A DNA stretch of 64,000 nt from Candidatus Woesearchaeota archaeon (GTDB lineage Archaea; Nanobdellota; Nanobdellia; Woesearchaeales; WAPY01). The stretch is taken from NCBI GenBank assembly GCA_049700835.1, contig JBNAUL010000002.1:272275-336274 (forward strand), given 5' to 3'. Under the pieces are notes generated by a model. It had not been told where the DNA came from, ran no database searches, and was given only the letters and a program-made list of their open reading frames with translations. The position numbers were made by a program, and so were the translations under genes. How positions within the stretch are numbered: position 1 is the first letter of the stretch; each line of letters starts with the position of its first letter. Of this stretch, positions 29,586-39,254 are shown piece after piece.

Positions 29586-30470
29586 ATGATTGTCGGTGTT
29601 GATTTAGGAGGAACAAAGATAAGGGCTGGCTTGATAGGAAGGTTTGATGTTAAAAAAGAGATAACATTGCTTACAAATGCAAAGCATGGAAAGAAAAAAA
29701 TACTGAAAACGCTTTTTGATGCAATAGATTATGTATTTCAGAAAGATGTAAAAGAGATTGGCATCGCTGTTGCAGGAAATACTGATGGTAATAAAATCAT
29801 TGAAGCCACGAACATCAAGAGCTTGAACAACTTAAACCTTGCTTCAATAATTAGCAAGAGATATGGAAGAAAAACTTTTCTTGAGAATGATGCGAATGCA
29901 TTTGCGCTTGCAGAATACCATTTTCTAAAAAAGAAAAATCCTAAATTGAAAAACATCGTAGGAATAACCTTGGGAACAGGAGTAGGGGGAGGAATAATAA
30001 TCAATGGAGAAATTTACAGGGGAAGTTTCTTTTCAGCAGGAGAGATTGGGCATATGAGCATTGCTTCAAATGGAATAAAGTGCAAGTGTAAAAATTACGA
30101 CTGTTTTGAGGTTTATTGCAACGGAAAGGCGCTTGAAAGATATTACTACGAACTTACAAAAAAGAAATTGCAGAGCACAATCATAGGCAACAATTTATCA
30201 AAAGATAAAAATGCATTAAAAGCAGTCCACGAATACTCAAGGTATCTTGGCATAGGATTAGTTAACATAGCAAACATATTTTCTCCTGAATATATAGTTA
30301 TAGGTGGTGGAATTTCAAAGTTGAATGAGATTTACAAACCAGCAATAAAGCATTTCAAAAGGTATGCCCTAAAAACAGTAAAGAACACAAGAATAATAAA
30401 AACAAGATTAGGAGACAACAGCATACTAATAGGCGCTTCCCTTCTTAGTTTAAGTTCAAATAAAAAATAA
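29586..30470 (+). CDS. ROK family sugar kinase
   Basis: VDLGGTK, ENDANA, GTGVGGG, GEIGH, CKC...CFE. Confidence 0.92.
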   Translation: MIVGVDLGGTKIRAGLIGRFDVKKEITLLTNAKHGKKKILKTLFDAIDYVFQKDVKEIGIAVAGNTDGNKIIEATNIKSLNNLNLASIISKRYGRKTFLENDANAFALAEYHFLKKKNPKLKNIVGITLGTGVGGGIIINGEIYRGSFFSAGEIGHMSIASNGIKCKCKNYDCFEVYCNGKALERYYYELTKKKLQSTIIGNNLSKDKNALKAVHEYSRYLGIGLVNIANIFSPEYIVIGGGISKLNEIYKPAIKHFKRYALKTVKNTRIIKTRLGDNSILIGASLLSLSSNKK

Positions 30471-30489
30471 GACAAACAAAAAACAAGAA

Positions 30490-30654
30490 TTATTCCTCTC
30501 CAAAATCCTCTTTAAGCGCTTCTTCTATTATATCCTGGGCTGTCCCTTCCTTAACCAGAGTTCCTGATTTTCCGCAGTATGGGCAGTTCCTTGGTTTTTT
30601 GTCAGATTTTGTCTGAAAGCGGTAACCGCAAGCTTTACAATAGTATTTTGCCAT
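30490..30654 (-). CDS. small Zn-ribbon protein (54 aa, not in ORF track)
   Basis: MAKYYCKACGYRF...CPYCG; GGTGG SD upstream. Confidence 0.8.
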   Translation of the reverse strand: MAKYYCKACGYRFQTKSDKKPRNCPYCGKSGTLVKEGTAQDIIEEALKEDFGEE

Positions 30655-30749
30655 TTTAACCACCAAAATTTTTTTTGATTTAAAAAGTTTTTGGAAAAAT
30701 AAGAAAATTCCAAAAACAAAAAATTAAGCATGCAAAAATAGAGCAATGC

Positions 30750-31304
30750 TCATCTTATTTTCTCAGCTCCTTTTCCCTTGTTCAAAAGCCCTCTAGATTT
30801 CTTAGCAGAACTTGTCAAACCCCTGAATGCCCTTCTCCTGTGCTGTTTCTCAGCAATCCACCTTATATTCTTATCAGCAAGTATTGCAGGATGGGCTTTA
30901 TCAACCAAGATGACTTCATACCAATAATGCTTTCCATCCTTTGCAACAAAGTAGGAGTTAAGAACTTCAAGATTAGGAAATTTCTTTGCAGCTCTTCTCT
31001 CCGCAATAACCTGATAGCTTGTTTCCAAATCAAGCCTGTTGCTCATGTGCTTTGATTTTCTTCCAGCTCTGGCCCTTTCTCTCTGTCTTCCTCCCCTTAA
31101 AACCCTCTGCCTCACAATTATAAATCCCTGCTTTGCTTTATAGCCCAAAGATCTTGCTCTATCTAATCTTGTTGGTTTTTCAATTCTGATTGTAGAAGGT
31201 TCTTTTCTCCAAGAAATCAATCTCTCTCTCCAAATTTCCCTCAATTGCTTTCTTAAATCCTTCGGTTGCTTCCAAGTTTCTCTCAAATACTTGTAAAGAG
31301 CCAT
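30750..31304 (-). CDS. rpl15e: 50S ribosomal protein eL15
   Basis: [31 protein letters not shown]. Confidence 0.97.
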   Translation of the reverse strand: MALYKYLRETWKQPKDLRKQLREIWRERLISWRKEPSTIRIEKPTRLDRARSLGYKAKQGFIIVRQRVLRGGRQRERARAGRKSKHMSNRLDLETSYQVIAERRAAKKFPNLEVLNSYFVAKDGKHYWYEVILVDKAHPAILADKNIRWIAEKQHRRRAFRGLTSSAKKSRGLLNKGKGAEKIR

Positions 31305-31403
31305 AAAAACCAGCCTCCATTATTCTATTATTTTATTCCATCCTATTTTATTATTCTATTTCAATATTTTTGCACTTATGCTTTTTTGCTTTTTATGATT
31401 TTT

Positions 31404-31434
31404 TGGTTCGGGCAAGCTAACTCCCACATTCCGA
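31404..31434 (-). ncRNA. candidate eL15 ribosomal leader element
   Basis: GC-rich GGAATGTGGGAGTTAGCTTGCCCGAACC in AT-rich DNA, about 25 nt after a TTTATAAA box and about 100 nt before rpl15e. Confidence 0.45.
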
Positions 31435-31677
31435 AAAATAGGATTTTTGAACAGTTTATAAAGCTTTTTGTTTTTAGGTTTTTTAATTTTATTTTGAGTT
31501 TTAAGTTTTCGTAAAGAAACAAAACAAAGATTTCAAGTTTATTTTTCCAACTGCTCCGCAAAATCATAAAATTTCTCAGGGCAAATTTTTATTAAATTTA
31601 TTTGCAATTTTTCAAACTTTGATTGAAATGATTAAAAAAATAGTAAAAATAATCAAAAAGACAAAAAGGGTGGAAAG

Positions 31678-33033
31678 ATGAAATTTAATAAAAATAGAGA
31701 AATCAAAACGAACAAAATAAATGAGAGAATAAATTGCTTTGGAAAAATAATTCTTGCGCTAATGCTCTCTATTTTCTGCTGCTCTTTTTTTTCCAGAGCA
31801 TCTTTTGCTGAAGCAAACAGCATAATAATCACAGAAGTGCTCTACAATCCGACAGGTTCTGAGAACTGCAGGGAGGCAGTTGAAATCTACAACCCAACAA
31901 ACAACGATGTTGACATTGGGAATTGGTACTTAAAAACAAAGAGTTCTTCAAAGGACGCTGCTATCCCTGCAGGAACAATCATAAAATCAAAATCATACTT
32001 TTTGATTGCCGACTCAAATTGGAGCAATTGCAAGGATTCTTATTGGCCATATGCTGACCGTGAAGAATCAATAACTCTTGCAAACAGTGACGGCGGGGTT
32101 TCGTTGATGGATAACAATGACCAAAGGATTGACAGCGTTTGCTGGGGAATTTTTAATGAGGAATTCTGCGAAGGAGAACCAACGGTTGTTGTCAGCGAGG
32201 GAAACTCAATATCAAGGAAAACGATTGAAGGAAACTTTATTGACACTGAGAACAACAGCTTTGATTTCTACGAGATAAAACCAAATCTTAGAAACTCGAA
32301 CTCAAGTCAAGAACTCCTGCTTGAGGTAAGCTTTAACATAGTTGAGGAGGATTTCAGCATAACAAATGTTTCAATCACAGACGACCTTGAAAGAGAAGGA
32401 TTTCAGGTTCTGCCAAAGCCAAACTCTGACAGAATAATAACAATAAGCGCAAAAACAACAACAAACAATGCTAACTTGGAGTGTTCTGTTGAAGGGCTTG
32501 GAAAGAAAAGCATGATTCTTGAGAACAACTCTTATGTTGCCAATTTCTCAATTCCATATTATTTTGAACCAAAGAATTACAGCGTTGTGATAACTGCTTT
32601 GCACAACAACAAAACAATAAACTATAATGCAATTTTCAGTTTTGAGGAGCTCTTGGCAATAATGATTGACACAAAAAACATAGATTTTGGAAACCTGAAT
32701 AGAGCCCAAGAGAAAATAATCTTAGGAGATTATGATACAGAAACAATTCAGAAACCAACGATAAAGAATATTGGAAATGTAAATGCTGATGTAGTGCTTG
32801 CTGGTTCTGATTTTTACAAGAACAGCACAGACTTTCCCAATGGAATGATTATGTATTCCTTCACAGAGGACTTTTCTGATTTCTACGGGCTCTTGAATGA
32901 AACAAGAATGATAAATCTTGGCATAAAACCATCTGAGAAAATGCCCTTGAATTTCAAGATATATGTTCCTGAAAACCAGGAATTAGGAACATACTATGGG
33001 AGCATAATGATAGAAATGATAAAGAGCCAATAA
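31678..33033 (+). CDS. secreted lamin-tail-domain protein with Ig-like domains
   Basis: signal peptide, IIITEVLYNP...EAVEIYNPT..DVDIGNW, many N-X-S/T sequons. Confidence 0.8.
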   Translation: MKFNKNREIKTNKINERINCFGKIILALMLSIFCCSFFSRASFAEANSIIITEVLYNPTGSENCREAVEIYNPTNNDVDIGNWYLKTKSSSKDAAIPAGTIIKSKSYFLIADSNWSNCKDSYWPYADREESITLANSDGGVSLMDNNDQRIDSVCWGIFNEEFCEGEPTVVVSEGNSISRKTIEGNFIDTENNSFDFYEIKPNLRNSNSSQELLLEVSFNIVEEDFSITNVSITDDLEREGFQVLPKPNSDRIITISAKTTTNNANLECSVEGLGKKSMILENNSYVANFSIPYYFEPKNYSVVITALHNNKTINYNAIFSFEELLAIMIDTKNIDFGNLNRAQEKIILGDYDTETIQKPTIKNIGNVNADVVLAGSDFYKNSTDFPNGMIMYSFTEDFSDFYGLLNETRMINLGIKPSEKMPLNFKIYVPENQELGTYYGSIMIEMIKSQ

Positions 33034-33335
33034 TGCAAAAATTAGATTGAAGGCAAGAAAGTGCAGAAATTACTTGTTTAATTTCAAGATGGATTTTTAG
33101 GGATTTTGAATTTTCAGAGTTTAAAAGTTTAAAATGCGGCAAAAGACAAAAATTAATACGCTTTTGCAAAGTGCATTTGGAAATAAACATTCATAAATGA
33201 ACATTGAGAAGTTAAAGATTGTTTGATAAATAAGAGAATTAAATTGTAGAAAGATGGAAAAAACAAAAAATAGAATTAAAAATTAAAAACAGGACAAATT
33301 AAAAATTGATTTTTATAATTTAAAATAAAAATAAA

Positions 33336-33950
33336 ATGAAAAACAAAAAATCAATCAAGTTAATTTGCGCGATTTATTGTTTTGCGGTCTTATGTTTTTT
33401 GGAGGGTGCAAGTGCCCTTTCAATAGGAATCAGCCCTTCTAAAATTAGTTTTGAAAAGAATGATGAGTTCAAAGAGGTAGCAATCTTCAATCCAAACGAA
33501 GAGGGAGTTTTTATAAGTTCAAAATCAGAGAACTATGTTGTTGTTCCAAAAGAATTTTTCGTTAGCAGAGAAAATCTCAAGATAATAAAAGTATATGCTA
33601 AGATTTGTTCTGACGAGAACATAACATTCTCTTTAAACTCAAATTCAAATCTTTTTCCTGCTGTAAAATTGAGCGTTGACTGCAAAGACAGAGAAAGAAG
33701 CACTCTATTAAAAAAAGCAGAACCTAAATCTGAAAACTCCTTGTTTTCAGAAAGTGTTCCAAAAAATCCTTACAGTAACTTGGAAAACTGGAAAAGCGCT
33801 CCTGACGAGAAAACAGGAATATTTGTCTCATTTTTCATAGTGATTTCAGGGCTTGGAATATACTTTTCAATGAATAGAAAAGGTTTCTATAAAATCAAAG
33901 GATTATTAAAAAAATCTTCAAGGATTCTCTTGATTTTTCTCGATTTTTAG
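33336..33950 (+). CDS. secreted protein with C-terminal membrane anchor
   Basis: signal peptide ending ASA, IGISPS motif, C-terminal hydrophobic helix plus basic tail. Confidence 0.7.
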   Translation: MKNKKSIKLICAIYCFAVLCFLEGASALSIGISPSKISFEKNDEFKEVAIFNPNEEGVFISSKSENYVVVPKEFFVSRENLKIIKVYAKICSDENITFSLNSNSNLFPAVKLSVDCKDRERSTLLKKAEPKSENSLFSESVPKNPYSNLENWKSAPDEKTGIFVSFFIVISGLGIYFSMNRKGFYKIKGLLKKSSRILLIFLDF

Positions 33951-34552
33951 TTTTTATAAAATTTAGCAAAGGGAGCAGATAAAAAATGAGCGCAAGCAAA
34001 AAATTCGCATGACATTTTGCAGAACAGAATGCTCTGAATAAAATGCTTTGAGATTGTAAAATAAAAAATTTATAAATCTTAATAAAGCAGAAAAACAGAA
34101 AAATTAAAAGCATCAAAAGTGCTAAGTGAGATGAAGAAAACATAATTAGATGATTGTTAAAGCTTATGAATTCATATGAACATTAATATAAACATAAATA
34201 TGAAGCAAATATGAACATAGATGCGAATATGAAAATAAACATAAAGTTTTACAAGAATGCAAATGGCATAAAGAAAAGAATTAAACAAGAAAACAATTAG
34301 ACAAAGTTGGCTAAGCGCAAAATCAGAATTAGCGCAAAAGAATAAAGCATGCTTCTTGGATTAAAAAATCTTGAAATAAACTAAGTAAAAGCGTTTTGGA
34401 ATGAAAATTGCATAGATCATAGATGAGCAAAATTGCAAAGAGTGTATGGCAAAATAAAAATAAAAAATAACTTAGTAAAAATAAATAAAAAATAGGCAAT
34501 AAATAAAATAAATAACAAATAAAATAATAAACCATACATAAAATAAAACATA

Positions 34553-34814
34553 AAATAAAATAATAAACTATAGCATAAATTATAGCATAGCAAAAGAATA
34601 AAAAAGACAAACAAAGAGCAAAAAAATAAAAACAGAATAAAAACAGCAAGAATAAAAATAATAAAAACAGAATAACAAAAAAACATAAAAAGAACAGCAT
34701 AAAAAGAATAGTATAAAATCAAAACTTAAAAAATTACCACAATACACCACGTACTCATACAAAATGCTCATACAAAAAATAAGTAAAAGAACTGCTAGTA
34801 ATTTGTGATTTTAG
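34553..34814 (+). repeat. 261-bp A-rich direct repeat, copy 2
   Basis: matches 29321-29581. Confidence 0.9.
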
Positions 34815-34910
34815 CAAGAATTTAGTCAAAAATTTTCTAAAATTTTTTGTTGCTGTTATTATTAATTGCTCTGCAGCGATTTATATTTGCAAAAATTGTT
34901 TTCCAATGTT

Positions 34911-35594
34911 CTAAATATATTTTGCAATCTTGTCATAAACTTCTCTCTTTGAAACAAACCTATATTCTCCTGGCCTCAAGTTTCCAATGAAAAAACCATC
35001 AATTCTTATTCTCTTGAGCTTGTTTATCCTATAGCCCAATTTTGAGAAAATTTTTTTTATGATGTGCTTTTCTCCGTGATAGATCCTTATCTTCAACCTT
35101 GTTCTTGACTTGTTTATTGAGTGAAGATCAGCGCTAATTCTTCTGCCATCAACCATTAAATCTTTTATTCGCTTGAAATCCCTGGTGTCAAACTGCCTGT
35201 TTATCTTTACCTCATATTCCTTCTCAACTTTAAATCTCGGGTGCGTCAAAACATTCACTACATAACCATCATTAGTTAAGAAGAGCAGGCCCTCTGCATC
35301 CTTATCCAATCTTCCTGCAAAATCAAGATGCTCTCTTACTCTTATAAAATCAAGAATGTTCGGCCTTTCATAAGGAGAAGTGGTTGTTACTACATTAACT
35401 GGCTTATAGAATAGAATGTAAATGTTTTTCTCAGGCAAAACCTTGCTTTGGTCAATTCTAACCTCAACCCTGTTTCCTAATTCCTGGTCCTTTGAAGCTG
35501 TAAAACCATCTACTAAAACTCTTCCTTGTTCAATCAATTCTGAAATCTTCCTTCTCGGAATTCCGCACCTTGAAAGATACTCTTCTATTCTCAT
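34911..35594 (-). CDS. RsuA/RluB-family pseudouridine synthase with S4 domain
   Basis: YKP..VVTT, GRLDKDAEGLLFLTNDG, LTHP...VEKEY. Confidence 0.9.
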   Translation of the reverse strand: MRIEEYLSRCGIPRRKISELIEQGRVLVDGFTASKDQELGNRVEVRIDQSKVLPEKNIYILFYKPVNVVTTTSPYERPNILDFIRVREHLDFAGRLDKDAEGLLFLTNDGYVVNVLTHPRFKVEKEYEVKINRQFDTRDFKRIKDLMVDGRRISADLHSINKSRTRLKIRIYHGEKHIIKKIFSKLGYRINKLKRIRIDGFFIGNLRPGEYRFVSKREVYDKIAKYI

Positions 35595-35630
35595 GGAAGC
35601 ACCATTAAAAATTTTATAAATTTTTCTTTG

Positions 35631-37244
35631 CTATAAATCATTAAAGTCCTCAAAAAATCTTTTTATCGGCATGTTCTCCTTGTCCTTTAAGTTCTTAAAA
35701 TCTTCTTCTATCTGCTCCTTTATCTTCTCGGCTGTTTTCTCTCCCAACAATTTTGAAAGTAGAGAGTAAGGGGTCTTTTTAAGTTCTCCAATTGTTTTTA
35801 TGTTGTTGTTAAAAAGTTTTCTTGCCCTTACTCTTCCTATTCCTACAATTTTAAGCAAAGGCAACAATTCTTCTCTAACTCCGTATCTTAATCTCAATCT
35901 TGTTTTGTTTATGAGATTTAAAATTCCCTTCAATTTAAGGATGAGCGATATCTCGTGGCATCCATACAATAACCAATCCAAGATTTCTATTTTTGAATGA
36001 AGCTCTCCTGGCCTTATCGAATATTTTTCCAGCAACAATTCTTCATCGACCTCGTCCATCCAATCGTAAAAAACCATTGCTGTTTTGAATGCATTCAGGA
36101 AATCATCGTAATCTTCATCATAAGAATTTGGAATTTCATCTAAGATTTCATCCTCAAATTTTGAAACAAGCTCCTCGTAATCGTCAAACTCCTTAACTTT
36201 TACATTCAGATAAGGCCTGAGTTCAAGGGTGTGAGTGCATAGTTGTATTAAGGAGAACTCTGTTTTCTCCTTTTGCTTGAGCAAGTTCTTTATTAGGTAA
36301 TGCGCTGTCAGAGGATCCAAATAGAGTTCTGCAACCCTCTTTCCAAGAAGAGTTGCGGTAAACTTTTCCTCTTTGCTAAACTCCAATGCGCTTGCAAAAT
36401 CATCTGACTCGCTCTTTATAAAATTCCATCTCTTTAGCAGGTTCAAATTGCTGTTAATTAATTCTTCTATTCTTTTGAAATCCCCAAACTGAAAAGCCCA
36501 TAATGTCTTCCTGAAAAAATCAAAAATCTCTGATTTTGTAGTTGTTATTCTCGTTGCTATAAGACTTAAAAGGTATGTCCTGAAAACAGGTTCAACAGCA
36601 AGTTTTGAATAGATATCCTCGGGCTCTCCAAGAATGAAGTGTTCAACAAGACCCATTATCTCTGATTCAGAACTTGCAAAACATATTGCTTGACCTTCTT
36701 TATCATACTTTGGTCTTCCAGCTCTTCCGAACATCTGCTGAACTTCAAGAACAGGAATCCAATTCATTCCTCTTGGAGAATACCTTTTTAAATCTCTTAC
36801 AATCACCCTGAATGCAGGAAGGTCGACTCCTAAAGCTAATGTAGGCGTGCAGCAAATAACCTTTATTACTCCTTTTCTGAAATTCTCTTCTATGAGATGC
36901 CTTTGCTTGGAAACAAGCCCTGAGTGATGGAATGCAATTCCTGATTTTAGGCAATAAGCGAGTTTCTCGCATTGTTTTGTAGGTCTTGGTAGAGCATTCA
37001 AAGCTTCCTCAGCCAACTTTTCATGATGCTCTGATTTCAATTTAAGATTTTTGGCAATAAACTCTGCTGTTTTCTCAGCCCTCTGCTTTGTATTGACAAA
37101 AACTAGTGCCTGTTTTCCTATTTTTATCGTGTCATAAACTATGTCCAAAAGTTCGTCCTCAAATTTTTCCTCTATCTTAATAGATTCTTTCTTTGCTCTC
37201 ACTTTAACTTCACTTTGCCCTGATTTTTTTGCTCTGCATTTCAA
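35631..37244 (-). CDS. hel308: Hel308/Hjm helicase, C-terminal portion only (N-terminal RecA domain missing)
   Basis: ALVFVN, FHHSGL, TPTLALGVDLPA, QMFGRAGRP, ELYLDP, GIGRVRARKL; no Walker A or DExH. Confidence 0.85.
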   Translation of the reverse strand: MKCRAKKSGQSEVKVRAKKESIKIEEKFEDELLDIVYDTIKIGKQALVFVNTKQRAEKTAEFIAKNLKLKSEHHEKLAEEALNALPRPTKQCEKLAYCLKSGIAFHHSGLVSKQRHLIEENFRKGVIKVICCTPTLALGVDLPAFRVIVRDLKRYSPRGMNWIPVLEVQQMFGRAGRPKYDKEGQAICFASSESEIMGLVEHFILGEPEDIYSKLAVEPVFRTYLLSLIATRITTTKSEIFDFFRKTLWAFQFGDFKRIEELINSNLNLLKRWNFIKSESDDFASALEFSKEEKFTATLLGKRVAELYLDPLTAHYLIKNLLKQKEKTEFSLIQLCTHTLELRPYLNVKVKEFDDYEELVSKFEDEILDEIPNSYDEDYDDFLNAFKTAMVFYDWMDEVDEELLLEKYSIRPGELHSKIEILDWLLYGCHEISLILKLKGILNLINKTRLRLRYGVREELLPLLKIVGIGRVRARKLFNNNIKTIGELKKTPYSLLSKLLGEKTAEKIKEQIEEDFKNLKDKENMPIKRFFEDFNDL

Positions 37245-37361
37245 CAGAAAGCGCGCTCTATTTAAAATTCTTTTTTATTTTTAGCAATTTTTAAAATTAA
37301 AATTTTTTATAAAGCGTGAAAAAGAAAGATTTAAATATAAGTTTTTTTTAAAAAACATTTA

Positions 37362-37523
37362 ATGAATATTACAAGCGAACAAACAGAAAAAGAATTCTCA
37401 GAACTTTGTGCTTTGTGCAAATTTAGGGAGGAGTGCAACGACTATGCAATGAGCAAGAATTCTAACATTAAAGGATTTACTGTTCTCATAATAGATTGCC
37501 CTAAATTTGAAAAAGAAGATTAA
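37362..37523 (+). CDS. small four-Cys protein (53 aa, not in ORF track)
   Basis: MNITSEQ...CALCKFREEC...IIDCPKF; TTTAAATA box about 25 bp upstream (leaderless). Confidence 0.55.
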   Translation: MNITSEQTEKEFSELCALCKFREECNDYAMSKNSNIKGFTVLIIDCPKFEKED

Positions 37524-37602
37524 ATTTGTTTTATTAAAAATTTTAATTAAATTACAAAATAAAAAATGAATAAAAAATGAATAATTAAATATGATTAATA
37601 AA

Positions 37603-37722
37603 TAGCCCCGCCCGGATTCGAACCGGGGTCCCAGGCTTTCTTCAAAATCAAATTTTAATCAATTTTGATTGCACTTAAATTTCTCCAAAGGCCTGGATGA
37701 TTGGCCGCTACACCACGGGGCT
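37603..37722 (-). tRNA. tRNA-Gln(TTG) with canonical 37/38 intron (about 46 nt)
   Basis: AGCCCCG...CGGGGCT, CAGGC-CT-TTG-G[intron]A-GCCTG, two AGA bulges of a bulge-helix-bulge. Confidence 0.9.
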
Positions 37723-37894
37723 GAAAGCATTTTTGATCTAAAAGCTCTTAAAACCAGTTATGAAACAAGCATTCATGCAAATTAAAAAAAGAATCGATTT
37801 TGTATTTAAAAAGGTTTTGATGAACTGAGTGTATTGAACGAACAATACTAAAAATTTAAATACTTTGTTTGTTTATAGAACAGCAGGGGGCTTT

Positions 37895-38632
37895 ATGAAA
37901 GGCATATTCATAATGGTTGACGGACTTGACGCTTCTGGGAAATCAGTCATCATAAATGCTTTTAAGGACTGGTTTTTCTCAAAAAAAATGAAGGTTTTCA
38001 GTTTAAAGGAATACTGCGAAGAGCACAAAACTCTTCCAGAACCAGAAGAGATTGAAAATTTTGATGTTATTGCAAGCAATGAACCTACTGACGCTCTTGT
38101 CGGAAAGGCAATAAGAGATGAACTAATAAAAAAAAATTCTCGGGAGTACAGCGCTGCAACAATTGCTCAAGCATTTTCTCTTGACAGGGAAATACTATAC
38201 AAGAGGATTATAATTCCTGCACTAAAGCAGAACAAGATAATTTTGCAAGACAGAGGAGTTGTTTCAACCTTTGTATATCAGCCAGTGCAAGAGCACATTC
38301 CGTTAAATGAACTTATAAAACTCCCTGGAAACAGACTGGCTTTGGAACACGCTCCAAACCTGCTTGTGCTGACAAAGGTTTCTCCAGAAGTTGTGATGGA
38401 AAGGATCGAAAAGAAAGGAATGAACTCTGCAACAATATTCACAAACCTCTTGTTTCAGAGAAAGATTTCTGAGAGATACAACAGTATATGGCTAAGGGAA
38501 TTGTTTGAAAGGTTTGGAACAAAGATTGTTTACATTTCAACAGAACCGCCTGCAACAGAAGAAGAGACAAAGAAAAGAGCGGTTGAGGTTTTGGAAGAAT
38601 TCTTAAGAACTTCTGGCAGAAATTTTGATTAA
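37895..38632 (+). CDS. tmk: thymidylate kinase
   Basis: DGLDASGKS, NEP, LDR, LQDR motifs. Confidence 0.85.
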   Translation: MKGIFIMVDGLDASGKSVIINAFKDWFFSKKMKVFSLKEYCEEHKTLPEPEEIENFDVIASNEPTDALVGKAIRDELIKKNSREYSAATIAQAFSLDREILYKRIIIPALKQNKIILQDRGVVSTFVYQPVQEHIPLNELIKLPGNRLALEHAPNLLVLTKVSPEVVMERIEKKGMNSATIFTNLLFQRKISERYNSIWLRELFERFGTKIVYISTEPPATEEETKKRAVEVLEEFLRTSGRNFD

Positions 38633-38874
38633 ATTTTTTATTAATTGAATTAGTAATAAATAATTGATAAACAATCATTCAATTGAAAGATTAAGAACAG
38701 GCAAGCAGAACTAAAAGCATGAATAATAAAGATGTTCAAGCAAGAAATATTCAAAAAAATTTTCAAAATCTGATTTTTGATTAATTTTCAATTAAATTTT
38801 CTAATTAAGAAACTAAACAGATTTGTTTTGTTTGCCTTTTAATGCATCCTTGCTCATGCGCTTGAAAAACATTC

Positions 38875-39069
38875 TCACAGAATTTCGCTCTCTAACAATT
38901 CCTCAATCTCCTGATCTTTGCTCTCAATCAGCTTGCTGTCAAGCTCTTTTTGGCTCTTATCCTGCTTGTGCCCCTCTTTTTTTTCCTTAGAATCGAAGAA
39001 TTGGTCCAATCTGCTGTTGTTAATCATCGCCTTGAAGCTGATGCGTTGTTCTACCACCTTCTCTCTCAT
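38875..39069 (-). CDS. small hypothetical protein
   Basis: 64-aa charged ORF, TTTAAATA box upstream. Confidence 0.45.
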   Translation of the reverse strand: MREKVVEQRISFKAMINNSRLDQFFDSKEKKEGHKQDKSQKELDSKLIESKDQEIEELLESEIL

Positions 39070-39254
39070 GATTTTTTTTTATGATGAACTAATATTTAAA
39101 TAAATTCAATATTCAAAATATAAATTAAAAAAAAGATTTAAGAAAGATATTTTAGCAATACAACAAAAACCACTTTTGTGGAACAACAAAGATCTAAGAA
39201 CTATCTAAGAACTTTTTGATTAACAGATTTACTTTGAAAGATCATCTTGAAAAA

